Of a stretch of 64,000 bases of DNA, positions 1 to 13,009 are shown in pieces. The notes below the pieces were generated by a model. The model was not told where the DNA came from. It was given only the letters and a program-made list of their open reading frames with translations, and made no database searches. Each line of letters begins with the position of its first letter. Position 1 is the stretch's first letter. The DNA comes from Podarcis erhardii (Eukaryota), in NCBI GenBank assembly GCA_964252035.1, contig OZ176202.1; one strand, 5' to 3'. A program made the position numbers and the translations under genes.

Positions 1-1882
1 AAACAGATAAAACTGGGCAGTACACAGAAACAGAGAATTAAAAATTAAGAATCAGTCAGTGCTTTTTTCCAAAAAAAAAATGTTTAGGGGTACTCCCATT
101 TTGACTCAAGAAAACCACCATTTTATAGTTCAAATCAGGAAAAATAAATACAGTAAATAGACAAAAGTACAAAGATTCACAAAATGTTTAGGGTATGCGT
201 CCCCCTGCGTCCCCACAGGGGGGGGGAAGCACTGGTCAGAGTCCGGGAAAGGTTGGGTGAGCATGCAAGTCTTTAAGAGGTGCTTAAATGCTTTTATTGT
301 CTGTGCCTCAGGAATTACCCAAGGGTGGACATTCCAGTGAGGAGTTGCTATCCCTGAGAAGGTCCACTTTCCTATGTCACCAAGTGACCACCTGCTGACT
401 TGGTCTGTACTGGTACAGGTAGCCTGCTCCCAAGTTGTTTGGGACTTTCAATGTCATCAACAAAACTGAACTTTGTAGCTAATAGGCAACTAGCAGATCT
501 ATCAACACTGCAGCAATATGTGTATAAACCTGGATGTCCCACAAAGCACCCTAGCAACTGCCTTCTGCACTAGGCGGAAGGGTAGGCCCACATATAGCAT
601 GTTACAGTAGCCTAATTCTCAGGTCACCAGTTCATATGCTACTGTAGGAAGGCTATCCCTGTCCAGGAATGGTTCCCTCCCTAACAAAAATTGGCAATGG
701 GCATTCCTAGCCACTAGTGACAGTGATGGATGTAACAACACCACCTAAAGATACGCCTTCAGAGGGAGCACAACCACATCCTGGGCAGGTGCCCAAGCCA
801 GTTCAGAAATCTTGGAGCCATGCATCCCTGGAGTCACCCTCTTGTCAGAATACAGTCAATTTATCAGGTCTCATCCAGCCCATGACTGCATCCTGACACC
901 GCTTTAGGTTTAGGGCATTCATGGCCTCCCCTGGTTCAGCTGTTACAGAGAAATAGAGATGAACATGCTAAATGACTTGAGCCTGACGTGCTCCAAAGCT
1001 CACTTCCTCCCTTACATTCCATCACAATCTCTGAGTTTAACCAAAGAAGGAGCAATTCACAGAATATATGCCATTGCGGTTGTGGGGAGCTCACTACGGA
1101 GCTTGCAGGCTGAGTGGGTGTTGAAAAACGCCTTTTCTTACTAACCTTCACTTGTCTTCAACCCCAGTTACCTAAAACATTCAGCAAGCACCAAACTGGA
1201 TAGCAAGCACTCCACCACTCTAACTGGATACTTAATAAATCATTAAAACAACAACAACAACCAACCTAGCTGTCCTGTAGGCAAATCCCAAAAGCTATCT
1301 GGCTTCCAGAAGTGGATACACAAACAAGTACCTAAGTATGGATAGGCATAGACTATGGTATAAAACTCTGAGGCACAGAAAAGCTTCAATTTTAGGAACT
1401 CAGATTTCATGCCCATTTCTCCTAATAAAACACATTTTTGTATGCAGTTTTGCCTTAACATTTTGCAACTGATTTCCCCTGATTTGATGCATTTTTGTAT
1501 TTTATTTTCACCAATATTTTCATTTTTATGCACACTTTTACTTAATATGTGCAGTTTTGTAAACATTGTTTATTTGGAGAGATCCACTTACCTTTAATGG
1601 TCAGGCGACATTGTGGCCTGGCCACAGCCACATTCATGATCTGGCTGGGGAGCATTGCAGGCCTACCTGCAGATTGGCCAATAGCAGCCAGGCCTGGATG
1701 TGGGGATTTCCCAGGGGGCAGTCCTGGCCAGCCAATGGGCATGCTCAGGTCCACCTTGGGGGGAGAGGAATAAATTGTGGCCTGCCCAGGACACCTCTTC
1801 AGTTTTTCATCTTGGAGAGTTGCATTGCAAAATTCAGGTAAGTGCATATTTCAAAGGATGACTATGTTTTGATTCTCATATT

Positions 1883-1933
1883 GAAGAAGAAGAAGAAGAA
1901 GAAGAAGAAGAAGAAGAAGAAGAAGAAGAAGAA
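1883..1933. repeat. (GAA)17 microsatellite (tail of the L2 copy)
   Basis: Direct reading. Confidence 0.97.
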
Positions 1934-2655
1934 TTTAGTATTTATACTCCGCCCATCTGGCTGGGGTTCCCCAGCCACTCTGAATGGCTCCCAAAAGAAT
2001 ATTAAAAACACACTAAAACATTAAGCATTTAAAACTTCCCTAGACAGGGTTGCCTTCAGATGTCTTCTAAAAGTCAGATAGTTGTTTATTTCCCTGATAT
2101 CTGATGGGAGGGCGTTCCGCGGGGCAGGCACCACTACCCAGAAGGCCCTCTGCCTGGTTCCCTGTAACCTTACGTCTCACAGTGAGGGAACTGCCAGAAG
2201 GCCCTCGGAGGAGGACCTCAGTGAACGATGGGGGTGGAGATGCTCCTTCAGGTATACTGGGCTGAGGCCATTTAGGGCTTTAAAGTAAGGTTACCAAACA
2301 TCCCCATTTCCCAGGGACAGTCCCCGGATTTACAAATCAGTCCCCTGACAAAATCCATCTATTTAGTAGGAAGTTGAAAAGTGTCCCCGGATTCATTGAA
2401 AAAAATCTGGCAACCTTACTTTAAAGGTCAGCACCAACACTTTAAATTGTGCTCGAAAACGTACTGGGAGCCAATGTAGGTCTTTCAGGACCAGTGTTAT
2501 ATGGTCCCGGCAGCCACCTCCAGTCACCAGTCTAGCTGCTGCATTCTTGATTAGTTGTAGTTTCCGGGTCACCTTCAAAGGGAGCCCCACGTAGAGTGCA
2601 TTGAAGTAGTCCAAGCAGGAGATAACTAGAGCATGCACCACTCTGGCAAGATAGT
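1932..2655 (-). mobile_element. L2-clade LINE 3' fragment, interrupted by a hAT MITE
   Basis: ORF 2393..2677 contains DLHWLPVRFRAQFKVLVLTFK (L2 RT C-terminal motif); microsatellite tail at 1883-1933. Confidence 0.85.
2286..2418. mobile_element. hAT-type MITE, 133 bp
   Basis: TIRs taaggttacca / tggcaacctta; perfect 8-bp TSD ctttaaag (2278-2285, 2419-2426). Confidence 0.9.
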
Positions 2656-2910
2656 CTATGGGCAGGTAAGGTCTCACCCTGTGTACCAGATGGAGCTGGT
2701 AGACAGCTGTATGGATTTGATAGATTTGCCTTCAAATGTGTCAAAAAGTAAGCAGAGCACTCCTGTCAGCGGGTTTCATCTGGACAGTGTACCATTCAGC
2801 ACTTTGTTTCCTTACCAAATCAAGAAAAACTTCAGGCATTATCGAATATTTGTTTCCTTTTGATTCTCCATATTTTTGTTTGTTTGTGGTAATAGGAAGG
2901 GATTACTCTA

Positions 2911-3163
2911 GAAGTAGAAGAGGAGGAGTCTGGATTTGATATCCCGCTTTATCACTACCCTAAGGAGTCTCAAAGCGGCTAACATTCTCCTTTCCCTTCC
3001 TCCCCCACAACAAACACTCTGTGAGGTGAGTGGGGCTGAGGGACTTCAGAGAAGTGTGACTGGCCCAAGGTCACCCAGCAGCTGCATGTGGAGGAGCGGA
3101 GACGCAAACCCGGTTCACCAGATTACGAGTCTACCGCTCCTAACCACTACACCACACTGGCTC
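2911..3163 (-). mobile_element. tRNA-derived squamate SINE (Squam3-like), near full length
   Basis: Minus strand starts GAGCCAGTGTGGTGTAGTGGTTAGGAGCGG (A box), has a B-box-like CCGGGTTTGCG and a CTT-type tail. Confidence 0.8.
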
Positions 3164-3402
3164 TAGCATGGCATGGAATTACGGGAGTTGTAATTCAACA
3201 ACTCTTGGAGGCTGAGGCATTTAGAGCCACTTCTTTGTGTACTCTCCTATTTTGACTTCAAGTTTTGTTACATTTTGATCCAAGCCTTCATCTAAACAGC
3301 TCAAAATGGCATATCATGTTATTCTCCCTTGGCTGCTCACAAAAGCCCTGTGCAGTAAGGTGAGGCTGAGAGAGACTGACAGGCCCAAGGCCACCTAGTA
3401 GG

Positions 3403-3850
3403 TAGGGATGGGCGATTTGACTCACTGTTCATTTAAAGGTGCCCTGCCCGAATCCAGACTTTCTGAAACAATGCACAAACAATGCACAAACTGAAACACA
3501 GCCATCCTTTGACATCTGCACGTCTCTAAGTTTTGCAGTGCAGTTCTCCAGCCAACAGATGTGTACAAAATGCATACACTGGGGCAAAGTGTGTATAAAA
3601 ATACATATATTATTGAAAACAGCATACAAAATTCATTATATTACAGGAAATTTCTTGCCAAAATACTTATATCAGGCAAAATTGCATTAAAATGTGCATA
3701 TTAAGAGAAATTTGTGCTAAACACTAATGAATTTTGATGAGGACTTTATAAAAAAAGATCCTCAAACTGAAGTGGAAATGAAGGCAAACTAAACTGAAGA
3801 GAAATGAGAAACTGAGAGAGAGAAACCCAAACCGATTTTGCCCACCCTTA
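3403..3850. mobile_element. Old hAT-like non-autonomous DNA element
   Basis: TIR-like ends tagggatgggcga / tttgcccaccctta; related AT-rich interiors at about 1390-1570 and 62090-62440. Confidence 0.6.
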
Positions 3851-4025
3851 CCCAGCAGTCCAGTGTTTTATCCACTATGCTACACAATTTTTATTTCTAT
3901 GCAGGCAGGTCTGGCTGCATTACTTAAATTTGACCAAAAGAGGCCACTGTCCTCTCTCCCACCATTCTGGTTTTTAGGCGCTACTGCTCTGATTAAACAT
4001 CTCTCTCTCTTGCTCTCTCTTTGTA

Positions 4026-4267
4026 CAGTAGTACCTCAATTTTCGAACGTCTCCGTTGACGAACATCTCGATTTTCGAACGCCGTAAACTCGGAAGTAAA
4101 TGCTTCGGTTTTCAAAAACGCCTCAGAAGTCGAACATGCCACACGGCTTCCGCTGAGTGCAAGATCCTGAGGCCTAGCTGTCGGCGATTGAGTTTTCAGT
4201 TTTCAAACATTTCAGAACTCAAATGGTCTTCCGGAATGGATTACATTCGCAAACCGAAGTACCACTG
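4026..4267. mobile_element. Tc1-mariner/pogo (Tigger-like) MITE, family B
   Basis: TIRs cagtagtacctc / gaagtaccactg; TA TSD on both sides. Confidence 0.85.
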
Positions 4268-5049
4268 TATCTTTAAAACTGTTTAAATGCCAGCAAACCT
4301 TAATGAAGTAACTTATTTGTGTGATCTTTTGTACATGCCCTAGACATCCTGCCCCCGATCCTTGAAGTCTCACCTGGATCTTTCAGTCTCTGAAGGCTTC
4401 CAGATATCTTTGCATGCAATCCTTTTTATTTTCAGGTTCACTTAAGAGGGTGACCAAGGATAACCAAGTACCGGCTTATGGAACCAGGTGAGCAGATGTT
4501 CCAAAATAATTTTCGCAGTTTTGAAACCTGCTTTTTTACAGAGTGTACTAACCCTTTGCCTCCTCCAGATTTGGGTATATCTAGCCTTTCAAGTGAGGCA
4601 TTTGAATGTTTTGTTATAAATAGTTCAATAAAGTCCCACACATTCCAACAAATTGTAACAGTTGCCCTGCCAGTTGCCCTTTCCAAAGCACCTACCCGCA
4701 CCCCAGCACACTAACCCATTCCACAACTGCCATTCAGTAACAAATTCCAGTTTCAGAGAGAGAAAAGTCATTGCTAAATAAATAGCTAATTCATCTTTGT
4801 CACAAATGTGTAGGTCACCATGTGTACAGATTAGCCTATGAAGCTAATTCAAGTCAGCACCAGAACACCTAATTATCGCTACCAAAACATTATTGCCAGA
4901 ACTGTGTTAACCCTAATTTCATGTTTAAGGAGTCTTTGTATAGAAAGATGCTAGTAAGAGTATTTTAAACTTCAGTGGGTGGTTTTAACTGATCTGAAGA
5001 TAGATGTAGGTGGAATTACTATTAAGAAGGTGACATAATGTGTACAGTA

Positions 5050-5264
5050 CAGTGGTACCTCGGGTTAAGAACTTAATTCGTTCTGGAGGTCCGTTCTTAA
5101 CCTGAAACTGTTCTTAACCTGAGGTACCACTTTAGCTAATGGGGCCTCCCGCTGCCGCCGCACGATTTCTGTTCTCATCCTGAAGCAAAGTTCTTAACCT
5201 GAGGCACTATTTCTGGGTTAGCGGAGTCTGTAACCTGAAGCGTCTGTAACCCGAGGTACCACTG
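5050..5264 (+). mobile_element. Tigger-like MITE, family A
   Basis: TIRs cagtggtacctcggg / ccgaggtaccactg; TA TSD; several copies in the window. Confidence 0.92.
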
Positions 5265-5504
5265 TACTAGAATTTCTTGTTATTAGTAATTTCATTATGT
5301 AATAATTCAGTATGTACACAATTCTGCTAAGACCCACTCTGTTGATATATTCAGTTTATAGTTTGTGAGCACTGCTCTTTGTGGATGGATTAAGAAAACC
5401 AATATTCAATACTTATCGAGGGGGGGAAACAGCCGTCCCATTCACACACTTACCCAGAGTGCAGCAGCCATATCCCAAGGCTATAATTTTATGTTGCTTA
5501 TAAA

Positions 5505-5650
5505 ATCATAGAATCATAAAATTGTAGAGTTGGGAGGGACCCCAAGGGCCATCTAGTCCAACCCCCTGCCATGCAGGAATCTCAGCTAAAGCATCCATGA
5601 CAGATAGCCATCCAACCTCTGCTTAAAAATCTCCAAGGAAGGAGAGTCCA
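5505..5650 (-). mobile_element. CR1 LINE 3' fragment
   Basis: atcatagaatcata...gttgggagggacc...catctagtccaaccccctg is the CR1 3' end on the - strand. Confidence 0.75.
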
Positions 5651-5749
5651 CATGATGAGCATTTTACCAGGACAAGGGGTGACAGCTCAACCAAATAAAA
5701 AACAAAAAACACCCCACCATGTGATGTGAAATATTGCCACATATTCCTG

Positions 5750-5976
5750 AGCCAGTGTGGTGTAGTGGTTAGGGTGTTGGGTTGGGACCTAAGAGACCAG
5801 AGTTCAAATCCCCACTCAGCCATGAAGCTTGCTAGGTGACCTTGAGCCAGTCACAATCTCTTAGCATGCCCTCCCTCACAGGGTTGTTGTGAGGATAAAA
5901 TGAGGAGGGAGCAAAACCATGTATGCCACCTTGAGCTCCTTGGAGAAATGGCAGGATATAAATGTAATAATAAATA
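5750..5976 (+). mobile_element. Old tRNA-derived SINE (MIR/Squam3-like)
   Basis: gagccagtgtggtgtagtggttag head, gagttcaaatcc B box, taataataaa tail. Confidence 0.75.
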
Positions 5977-6197
5977 CAGTGGTACCTTGGGTTACATACG
6001 CTTCAGGTTACAGACTCCGCTAACCCAGAAATAGTACCTCGGGTTAAGAACTTCAGGATGAGAACAGAAATTGTGCTCTGGCAGCGCAGCGGCAGCAGGA
6101 GGCCCCATTAGCTAAAGTGGTACCTCAGGTTAAGAACAGTTTCAGGTTAAGTATGGACCTCCGGAACAAATTAAGTACTTAACCCGAGGTACCACTG
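5977..6197 (-). mobile_element. Tigger-like MITE, family A, inverted relative to 5050-5264
   Basis: Same TIRs, TA TSD, interior reverse-complementary to the 5050 copy. Confidence 0.92.
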
Positions 6198-6870
6198 TAA
6201 ATATAAATAAACAGCAGTATAGGATTAGTTCACAGGGAAGGTGGTCCTCTTCACAAAGGCCAGGAAACTCCAAAAGCAAGCCTGACCAGCACAATGTAAC
6301 AGTTGTGTCTTCATAAAGCTGGTCAATTTTCATCACTACAAAATGCAACATATTCAGATCAAATGAAATAGATATGTATCCAGAACTCCCAGTACAGGAT
6401 TTGTTTTCATCTTAATTCATGTTCATAATCACGGCTAATGCACCACTACTAGATTCTGATTTATGCTGTAAGCCGTTTAAAGTTCTGTCGCATCAATTTG
6501 GCAGCAAGCTATGTTATGTATAGGTGAAAGCAACTGTGAAAAATGGGCCTACAATGTTTTATCCTTGAAATCTAACCTTTAGGTTTTATCATTGTTGAGT
6601 GCCCCTAATGTACTGTGTAAGCTTCAGCGTGTAATTTAACGGGTGAATGGGATTTGCCCATCGCTGGAATTGGTGAAATTCCACCAATGCGTTTGAGACT
6701 GCATCACTGCTAGTCATCTGTGAATCGCTCTTTTACAGCTTTGCCCTAAAATTTGTTGTGCCAGCAAAAATGTGCTTAGAAGAACAAGGCAAACCAACTG
6801 TTGTGTCAGCACATCACTGGCCATAATATTGTGATGCTATTGGCAGATGTTCAAGTATAATTGTTGGTGG

Positions 6871-6872
<2 letters not shown>

Positions 6873-6914
<42 letters not shown>
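6873..6914. repeat. (AC)21 microsatellite
   Basis: Direct reading. Confidence 0.97.
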
Positions 6915-6917
<3 letters not shown>

Positions 6918-9465
6918 TAGTTAGCATTGGCATCTAAATGTGAGCTGGTGCTTCACCATCCACCAAATGAAAACTTTTGATTCCATCTATTTTGGGCCCT
7001 CTCAATGAAACATGGCACTGAGAGAATCCTTTGACAGGTACAGTATGTGGGTGAGGCAAGCAAAAGAAGAGCACATCTGTCTTCACTTGGTTACAATCCT
7101 GAAAGGCTTGCTAGCAGTAGGTGGGATAAAAAGGGCCGAAGAAAGCACTGCAAGGAGGGGTCTGAAGCCTTTTCCTGACTCTACATTTTGGTATTCACCC
7201 AAGCCAGAAATGAGCTATGGCTCGCAAGCTTGCTTTGGAGAGCAAGTAGTTTTGATGGAATCGCAAAACAGCACTTGTGCTATTTGAATTAGAGTGAACT
7301 ACGGGGGAAAGTGTGCATGTACATAGCTCATTCATGCAGTAGCAAACCACGGTTTAGTTTATGCCTGAACTAAACCAGAGTAGGTAAATGGTGGCGGTGG
7401 TCTTTTCGAAGCTATGAAATCTCAATTAAATTGTTTTCATATGAGGCCTGCAGTTGGCACATACTTCAGCCCCAGGCTACACATGAAAACAAAAAATAAG
7501 CTTCTCTAACACACTGGTCTTTAAATTTTGCTGATTTTGCCTGTATATTATCGATAGTTTTTTTTTCTTTATTTTTGTGTGCATGAAACCGTTGACAATT
7601 ATTCTCATTTAGTCCTAACCCTTTAAGCCAGTGGTGTGGAGCTCATAGACCTACAGATAGGCTCCATCTCCCATCAGCCCAAGCCTGCATGGCCAATGGC
7701 CAATGATGATGGGGGTTTTATTTTCCTACCCTTACGATATACTATTCACTATGTCATACTGATCCCAGATCTAGCTGTTCCTAACCTGAAGGTTTCTGAA
7801 TAAATTGCAGCTGTGGGTGACTCTGGATTCTTCCCAGCACTTCCCAACTGATTGTATCTACTGCATCACAATAGCACTTGCATCACAATGCTACGCAGAC
7901 CTTGAGTTCATGGCCTCAGGCAAGGATGCAATTTTCTTTCATCATCCTGCAGAGGTGGGTGGTTTACACCAGTGTTTTCGTTTGGATTGTTCAAGTGACC
8001 CACAGTTAAAAATTCATTTCCAAAACTATAGGGCAGAGAGGTAAGAGAGTCTATCCATACACAACCTTGTAGAATGAGGAAACATCACTTGTGTCCTGCA
8101 ACTAGACATATTATTAAATTGTATGAACTTTAGTGCTTAAGAAAAATAAAGCGATGCCAGGCTCCCAAGTCAGTCTGGAAACAGCACTTTCTGATCTAGA
8201 GATGCTGATGTGCCAGGATTCTGCACTTCCTCAGTGGTCATATAAATGTGCTCAGCTTATTCAAGGGCATTTTTTTCCTTTTCATGTATCTCATGATTAA
8301 GCCCTGGCTTTGAAAACAAGGTATCAGGGCTGAGCCCCAGTACAAATTTAATACAGATTGCCTTCATGAACAATTTAATCCCCTCCCACAAACTAAGTTG
8401 GAGAAGCTACGTCTGTATTTGTTCTTTCCAGCGGTTGCACATTAGAAGCGAATGCTGCAAAAATGGTTTTGTATCGCAGAGCCAACCTGAATTAGTTGGT
8501 TTCTGACATCCTCTTAAATTGCTTCTCTCCACACTGCAAACTCTGCCAAGAAGTGCAGCAGTGGCGCAATTTCCTTCATCTTTCATAAGTGAAACGACAC
8601 AACGTTCCTGTTCTTCGGTCACAAGAGACATGTCCGAGTGGAACAAAATTCTGCCCTGCACTCCCCCTCCTGTGAACCTTTAAAATCAGCGTGGGGAGAA
8701 GTGCAGCTGCACTAGAACTCTGCACTAGATACAACTTGATGTGATCAACTCCCCCCTCCCTGTATTTTATTCAAGTTGGTACCTTTCCTTGCACGTAAGC
8801 CAAAGTCTGTTTCTGCTCTGGAAAGGTAGGGATGGTCACATGAGAGAGGTTGTGGGGCTGCTCTGGCTATACATGATTTTAGATCCCCAGAATGCAGCCT
8901 CAATATCGCCAGATATATTTTGTCCCATGCATGTTTTTTATTGCAACAGCTTGAAATTGGAACCTTCTTTTCAAGCCAAAACTTTTTAAAATTATAGTAA
9001 CAAGATGTCATGATTTCAAGGTATCATTGAAGACTATGGGCACTGCTATTCATTACTGATATCTCAAATCAGCACTGGAAAAGGAAGCAAAAGGAAATGC
9101 AGACCATTATAAATGGATTGTTTGGTGAGCAGAGCATTAATCCGAGGTTCTGCTAATGCACACTGCAAAATCCAGAGATCTATCAAATGCTGCTTTTGAA
9201 TTCAAGCAAGCTGACTACTATGTGCAATATTTTGCCTGTGCCCTTACAAAATAGCTCACTCCAAAGACCATGAGTCATAATTGAGTCTGGCAGATAAGTG
9301 TGGTAAAAATAACTTCATTATGGAACTAATAAAAAAAAAAAATCCAAAGAAGCAGAAGACTCTGGCTGTGATAGTGAACAGAACTTTATTTAGATCAAAA
9401 GGTTAATTGGGGGGCTTATAAGAAAAGATGGCAAGCCAATGGCACAGTTCTGTGTACGGCATATA

Positions 9466-9635
9466 CCGTATTTTTCGCTCTATAACACGCACTCGACCAT
9501 AACATGCACATAGTTTTTAGAGGAGGAAAATCCGTAGGCATGCCACCCGTAGGCATTCCCCCCCATAACACACACAGACATTTCCCCTTACTTTTTAGGA
9601 GGAAAAAAGTGAGTGTTATGGTGCAAAAAATACGG
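9466..9635. mobile_element. Tc2/pogo-type MITE, short 170-bp form
   Basis: TIRs ccgtatttttcgc / gcaaaaaatacgg; TA TSD; same ends as 23774-24522 in the opposite orientation. Confidence 0.85.
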
Positions 9636-9972
9636 TAATCCATTCCACCTCTATAGCAATATATAATGGGTTGAATAGCTAGCGAGAGAAATATAATTTC
9701 TGTGAAACCTGCCCTAATTTTTTAAAAATTGAATGCAGTGCTGTCCTTACATGAGCAGAACAGACTACTGCTTCCACCTCCTAGAGAATTGGGAGACCTT
9801 CAGAGAAGGGTGCTTTCTTGGGGGGGGTTGCAGAGGGTTGAAAGGGGAGGTGAACACTGGGTTACATTAATATAGGCATAAACAAACATTTCCTTGTGGC
9901 TTACAAGAACATATTGAAAACAATGTAATAATTCAAAACCAACAATAAGGCAGCAAAAATCCCACTCATTAT

Positions 9973-9977
9973 ACACA

Positions 9978-10034
<57 letters not shown>
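9973..10034. repeat. Compound (AC)11(AG)20 microsatellite
   Basis: Direct reading. Confidence 0.97.
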
Positions 10035-10036
<2 letters not shown>

Positions 10037-12454
10037 GGCACAAATTATTTCTCATGTTTGCAGACAATCCTCCTAAGAGTTATATATACTCCTAAATGAT
10101 GGAATGCACTAGTTTTAAAAAAGGAGTATGTTGACCAAGCAAGTGGACATCATTTCAAGATTTTATGAAGTGTACCAAGAGCTTTGGGGTAAAACCTGCA
10201 AAGGTTCCAACCCATCATTTGTGTATAAATACCCACATATGACTTTTATGATCTCTTAATTTGTATAATATGACATTTACTTGTACACAATCATTATCGG
10301 TGCATAGAAGTGTCACACTGAAAATGACACTTGACTAGAGAGCATGTAAATCAACAAGTTCTTCTAGAATTTACAGGAAAGGGGTAAAAGCTAAATCAGA
10401 AAATGTTGACGTGTGGCATGAAGGGGAAATGAAAGCTCTCATGGCATCGCTGACAATTATGAAGGCAACTGTTGAGCATAACTGGCTGTCAGGAACATGA
10501 AAATGTTGGTAAATATAACAGCAGATCTCAACAGCTCACACTGTGTGTGTGTTTGATTGGAGTTGTCACTTTTAAATACCATCCTGCTACATGTTCCAAG
10601 GATGACTGAAATAACAAAACTTGAAAATATTTTGTAGACTATGGGTTGGATTCAGACCTGCTGTTCCACAAATGGAAGGGCTCCTTCTGTTCGTGGAAGT
10701 ATGCTGGATCCAGTGGAGGTTTCTACTCCATGGGTGGAAAGAGAAGCCCATTTTGCCAATACACCGCTGCCCCATTGTCACTTCCCATTCTGTCTTAGGG
10801 CCACCAACCTTCCAATGCTGGTTTTTGGGAGGCATGGGAGGGAGAACCAACAAAATAACTTCCTCCCTCTTCCATGCATCCAGTTTGGAATGTTCCACTC
10901 CGACCAATGACTACACTCCACACAACAGTTAAGGTGCATATTAAGAACCAAAATGTCACATTATTTAGTTGTCAACTGGGACTGTGTTTGTGAAAGACGG
11001 AACAGCAATATTGTGTCATCTGTTATTTAGAGCCAACATAGGAAGAGCTTTTATTTACTTAGGACAGAGACCTAGAATTTTCTACAGCTTGGCCTCTGAT
11101 TCATCCAAGACACAGAGGTTTAAACATTTGCCTGTCTGGAGGATGCTGTGGTGTGGCCCAAACATAATTTGCTGGTGCAGTTGACAGACAGCATAATCTA
11201 TAATATTTTCCAAATGCTAGTGAGTCAACATTTGTACAAGCCAGCCATGACTCATTCTTCCAAGTGGAAGCTTGTTACTGATACGTTAAGATATAAAGTA
11301 AATGGTTCTAGTAATTCATGCAATTCCAAGGTCTATAAACTCCAGATCTTTTTAGAAACATATAAGGCAGCTGGTCATATCTTAAAATAATGGCTGGGAT
11401 CCAAAAAATCTGGCCTTGAGACAGATCAGGAGATTTCCCCCTCTTGTACTAAGATACAGCACCTAGCATAGAATAACAGTGGCATGTTTCAAATGTTCCT
11501 ACAGGAAGAAAGCGGTCAGGGCTTGGATACTGTCAGAAATGTCAAAACCAGCCAAATGCATACCAGTAAAACAGACGGCAATTTGAAACTTGGGCAAAAT
11601 GTAGTCTCTTTCTACTTGTTTTATAAAGAATAGTTACTACTTAGAGGTGAATGTTTATCAAAAATTATTTTCAGTCTTCACACGTGGGTACAAAACATGT
11701 GAAGGGGCTTCTGAGAAAATACCAGACTAGCTTCATCCTCTAAATAAGGAACAGTCAATGTGTTGCCTAGCAGATGCTGTTGGACTACAGCTCCCATCAT
11801 TCCAGTTCATTGGTCATGTGAGCTGGGGATGATGGGAGTTGTAGACTGATAACATATTGAAGTCACGTGCTGGCTATCCTTGCCCCACAGGTATGCAACA
11901 GCTGATATGTCATTGGCACCAGACTGAAGAGACCCTATGGATTTTATGGGTACAGGCTCCCCTCACATGTCAATCATGTGTCACTCAGAGGGCATGGACA
12001 AAATATGTGTTACTGTCTAGGGGGCAGAGCTAGTTGCAGGAGTGTTATTCAAAGCCCCTTCATGAGGTCAGTGTCCCATTCCCCCCCCCCCCAGTGCTAA
12101 GCAATTGAAATGGGGAAAGCTATTCTGTAAAAACTGGTGGTGAACTGGTGAAGTGTGATGTCAATTGATCATATATTGCATTTATGCTTATTTATGCATT
12201 TATTTCTAGGTTTATGAAATAAGAACACCATCTAACCTACCTCCACAAAAGAGCTTTCTGTAAAAGTACCATTTTAGAAGGTGAGTTTCTGGAAAAGATG
12301 TTGATTTTCACTCAGAATATTAATTTACCTAACCAAAATAGTTCTTCCAACAGATTTTCAAGTATACTTGTAACTGTGACTTTACATTTTGAATAAATAC
12401 TGAATTAGTAACAAGAGACCTTAACGTTCTCTACTCTTTTTTCCAGAGGTTGTA

Positions 12455-12516
12455 ATGGCAGGTACAGCAATAAGACTGCGACAATTTGTAGATACATCGC
12501 CACAAATGCCTCCAGG
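12455..12516 (+). CDS. SPMIP3: SPMIP3/C1orf100 first coding exon (MAGTAIRLRQFVDTSPQMPPG); exon starts at 12447
   Basis: Acceptor tttttccag|AG at 12446, donor GG|GTAAAG; resembles recalled human N-terminus MTAIRLREFIERRPVIPP; syntenic position tail-to-tail with ADSS2. Confidence 0.85.
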
Positions 12517-12916
12517 GTAAAGTATCAAAAACAAAGCCCAGTTCCTTCAGAAACAGGTTGAGGATTTCACAAAACATTGCGCTAACCAAGCAAGTTCAAG
12601 CCTGTCTGACAAATCCTTATTATAAAGGCTCAAGAACAGTATTTGAGAACATCTAAACTTTAAAATTTGCATTTCATGTACTTTGATAATCTCTACTATC
12701 ACCTGGCAATCTGGAGAAAGTTTTAATAAAAAAAACCCAGGCCTAATTAATTAATGTAAAAAAAATGAAAGCTCCAGAAGACAACAAATGCAGAGTGACA
12801 TATTTAAACAGTTCACTAATAATTATTTGTAGAGATTTATAGAGTTTCAGGCAGCAAATCTCAGCACAGAATTTGAATACTGAATCCCAATAATGATTTT
12901 CCCTTGCTTTTTCTAG

Positions 12917-13009
12917 GTATATTCTACATCAGGGAAAGGATGTTGTTGGTTACTATCCAGGGCAAACAGCAAGGGTTCATTATGAATATCCTCCTGAAAG
13001 TGAGAGAAG
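12917..13009 (+). CDS. SPMIP3: SPMIP3 coding exon 2 (YILHQGKDVVGYYPGQTARVHYEYPPESER)
   Basis: Acceptor ttttctag|G, donor AG|GTATGA; phase-consistent; matches recalled human HQGRDVQGYYPGQLARLH. Confidence 0.88.

Noticed and set aside
6600-8700. CpG-containing unique stretches (about 6620-6730 and 8440-8700) as possible conserved enhancers
   Set aside because: They cannot be supported without a cross-species alignment, and no diagnostic structure is visible.
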